Origin: Squalus acanthias
Lineage: Eukaryota
DNA length: 64,000 nt
Assembly: GCA_030390025.1 (NCBI GenBank)
Contig: CM059432.1
Coordinates: 32,800,001-32,864,000 of the forward strand
Direction: 5' to 3'
Shown piece by piece: positions 62,750 to 64,000 of the stretch. The position numbers and the translations under genes are program-made. The notes under the pieces are model-generated. The model made no database searches, was not told the DNA's origin, and was given only the letters and a program-made list of their open reading frames with translations. Each line of letters starts with the position of its first letter. The stretch's first letter is position 1.

Positions 62750-63160
62750 ATTGGACAGGCTGGATCTCTTTTCTCTTGAAAAGAGAAGGGTGAGGGGGTG
62801 ACCTAATGGAGGTCTTTAAAATGATGAAAGGTTTTGATAGAGTAGACACAGATAGTGCTCCCACTTGTGAGAAGAGCAGAACTACAAGGTAGTCACCAAG
62901 AAATCAAATATGGAATTCAGAAGAAACTTCTTTGCCCAGAGTGGTGAGAATGTGGAACTCACTACCACAGGAAGTGGTTGAGGCAAATAGTATAGATGCA
63001 TTTAAGGGGAAGCTAGATAACCATATGAGGGAGAGGGGAATAGAAGGTTATGCTGAGAGTTAGATGAGGAATGATGGGAGGAGGCTCTAGTGGAGCATAA
63101 ACACCAGCATGGACTGGTTGGGCCGAATGGCCTGTTTCTGTGCTGCATATTCTATGTAAT
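62750..63160 (+). mobile_element. CR1 3' part
   Basis: gtgagaatgtggaactcactaccacag...gggccgaatggcctgtttctgtgctg tail. Confidence 0.8.
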
Positions 63161-63694
63161 TGGTTTTGGTAACAGGCTAGCAACCCAGAGGCCTTTTTAA
63201 GTTAAAGTCCCACCATGGCAAATGGTTGTCATACCACAGTTACCACTCCCTATACAAACACGGAGAACCAAATAATTCTTATTCAGTGTAACATGTTGCA
63301 TTCCATACACCTTATCTGATAGAAACTTGAACTGAATAAATCCAGGCCAGGTTGCTTCCACTATTGGACTCTCCGTGCATTTCAAACCTGACTGGATCAA
63401 GGCCAGATAGGATTCACAGCACACACAACAACCTCGAGGATGAGATAAAGTAAACTGGAAGTTGTTTTAATCGAAGGGCAATCTAGGACATCATCCCATT
63501 AACCCCTTTTACTGATCAGCAATACTTAACTAAAGCTTCTTGCAACGTTTTACCTGGGCCCTACTGCGGAGACTGGGAGCTCAGTTTATGGGGAAGGGAA
63601 TCAAATTAAATGGACAAACATACAGCACATATGGCAGCACCAAGCCTAAGAAATACAGTCTGCTTATGGAGATTATGGGAAAAAAAAAACTTAC

Positions 63695-63887
63695 CTTAAG
63701 CTTTGAGCATACTGTAGCTCTGCAGTAATGCATGAAATTCAGAATGTTTAAAGTGCTCACTCCTAGGCTGAGCAGGACACTGAGATCATCTACAATCAGT
63801 ACTGGAAATTTCCAAGTAGGTTCGCTGGTCTCCAATAGCGATATACGAACAAATTCATAGAGACACTGAAGACTTGCATTGGGAGAG
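63695..63887 (-). CDS. ELP6: Elongator complex protein 6, internal coding exon
   Basis: ttccag|c-SPNASLQCLYEFVRISLLETSEPTWKFPVLIVDDLSVLLSLGVSTLNILNFMHYCRATVCSKLK|gtaag. 193 nt, ending in phase 0 to match the next exon. Contains the ELP6 motif PVL.VDDLSVLLSLG. Confidence 0.95.
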
Positions 63888-64000
63888 CTGGAAGATAAAA
63901 TATTCACTGAAGAAATGCTACTGTCACAATCTGAAACATTGAAACCCCTTACTCAGTCTTGACTTCATCCTGCAATCAATAGGTTTTTAAAACCCAAACT

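Overview
Vertebrate, repeat-dense genomic DNA. The repeat content (abundant CR1 and L2 LINEs, Deu-domain SacSINE1-type SINEs, hammerhead-bearing Penelope fragments) indicates a cartilaginous fish, probably a shark. The only host coding sequence I can support is the last three coding exons of ELP6 on the minus strand (63695-63887, 59414-59560, 54877-55005), with a probable polyA signal at 54343-54348. About 6 kb downstream is a CpG-rich promoter (~48650-48900) with a minus-strand non-coding first exon ending at a CAG|GTAAG donor. By human synteny this may be SCAP, but no SCAP coding exon was found, so 1-48.6 kb would be one long TE-filled first intron. Notable elements: (1) a structurally complete but decayed 4.5-kb PIF/Harbinger transposon with a 3-exon Myb/SANT gene and a convergent HARBI1-like transposase; (2) a 1.7-kb related deletion derivative that keeps only an open Myb/SANT domain; (3) several Harbinger, hAT and Tc1/mariner MITEs; (4) a ~1-kb solo LTR; (5) a LINE copy carrying a tRNA-like Pol III head; (6) several Penelope-type hammerhead ribozyme motifs, one with an intact core ~300 nt from the promoter; (7) templated micro-insertions; (8) a 2.2-kb G-rich minisatellite in the last ELP6 intron, which explains the three long Gly/Arg ORFs. 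LINE/SINE boundaries are approximate, and family names come from motif recognition, not database searches.
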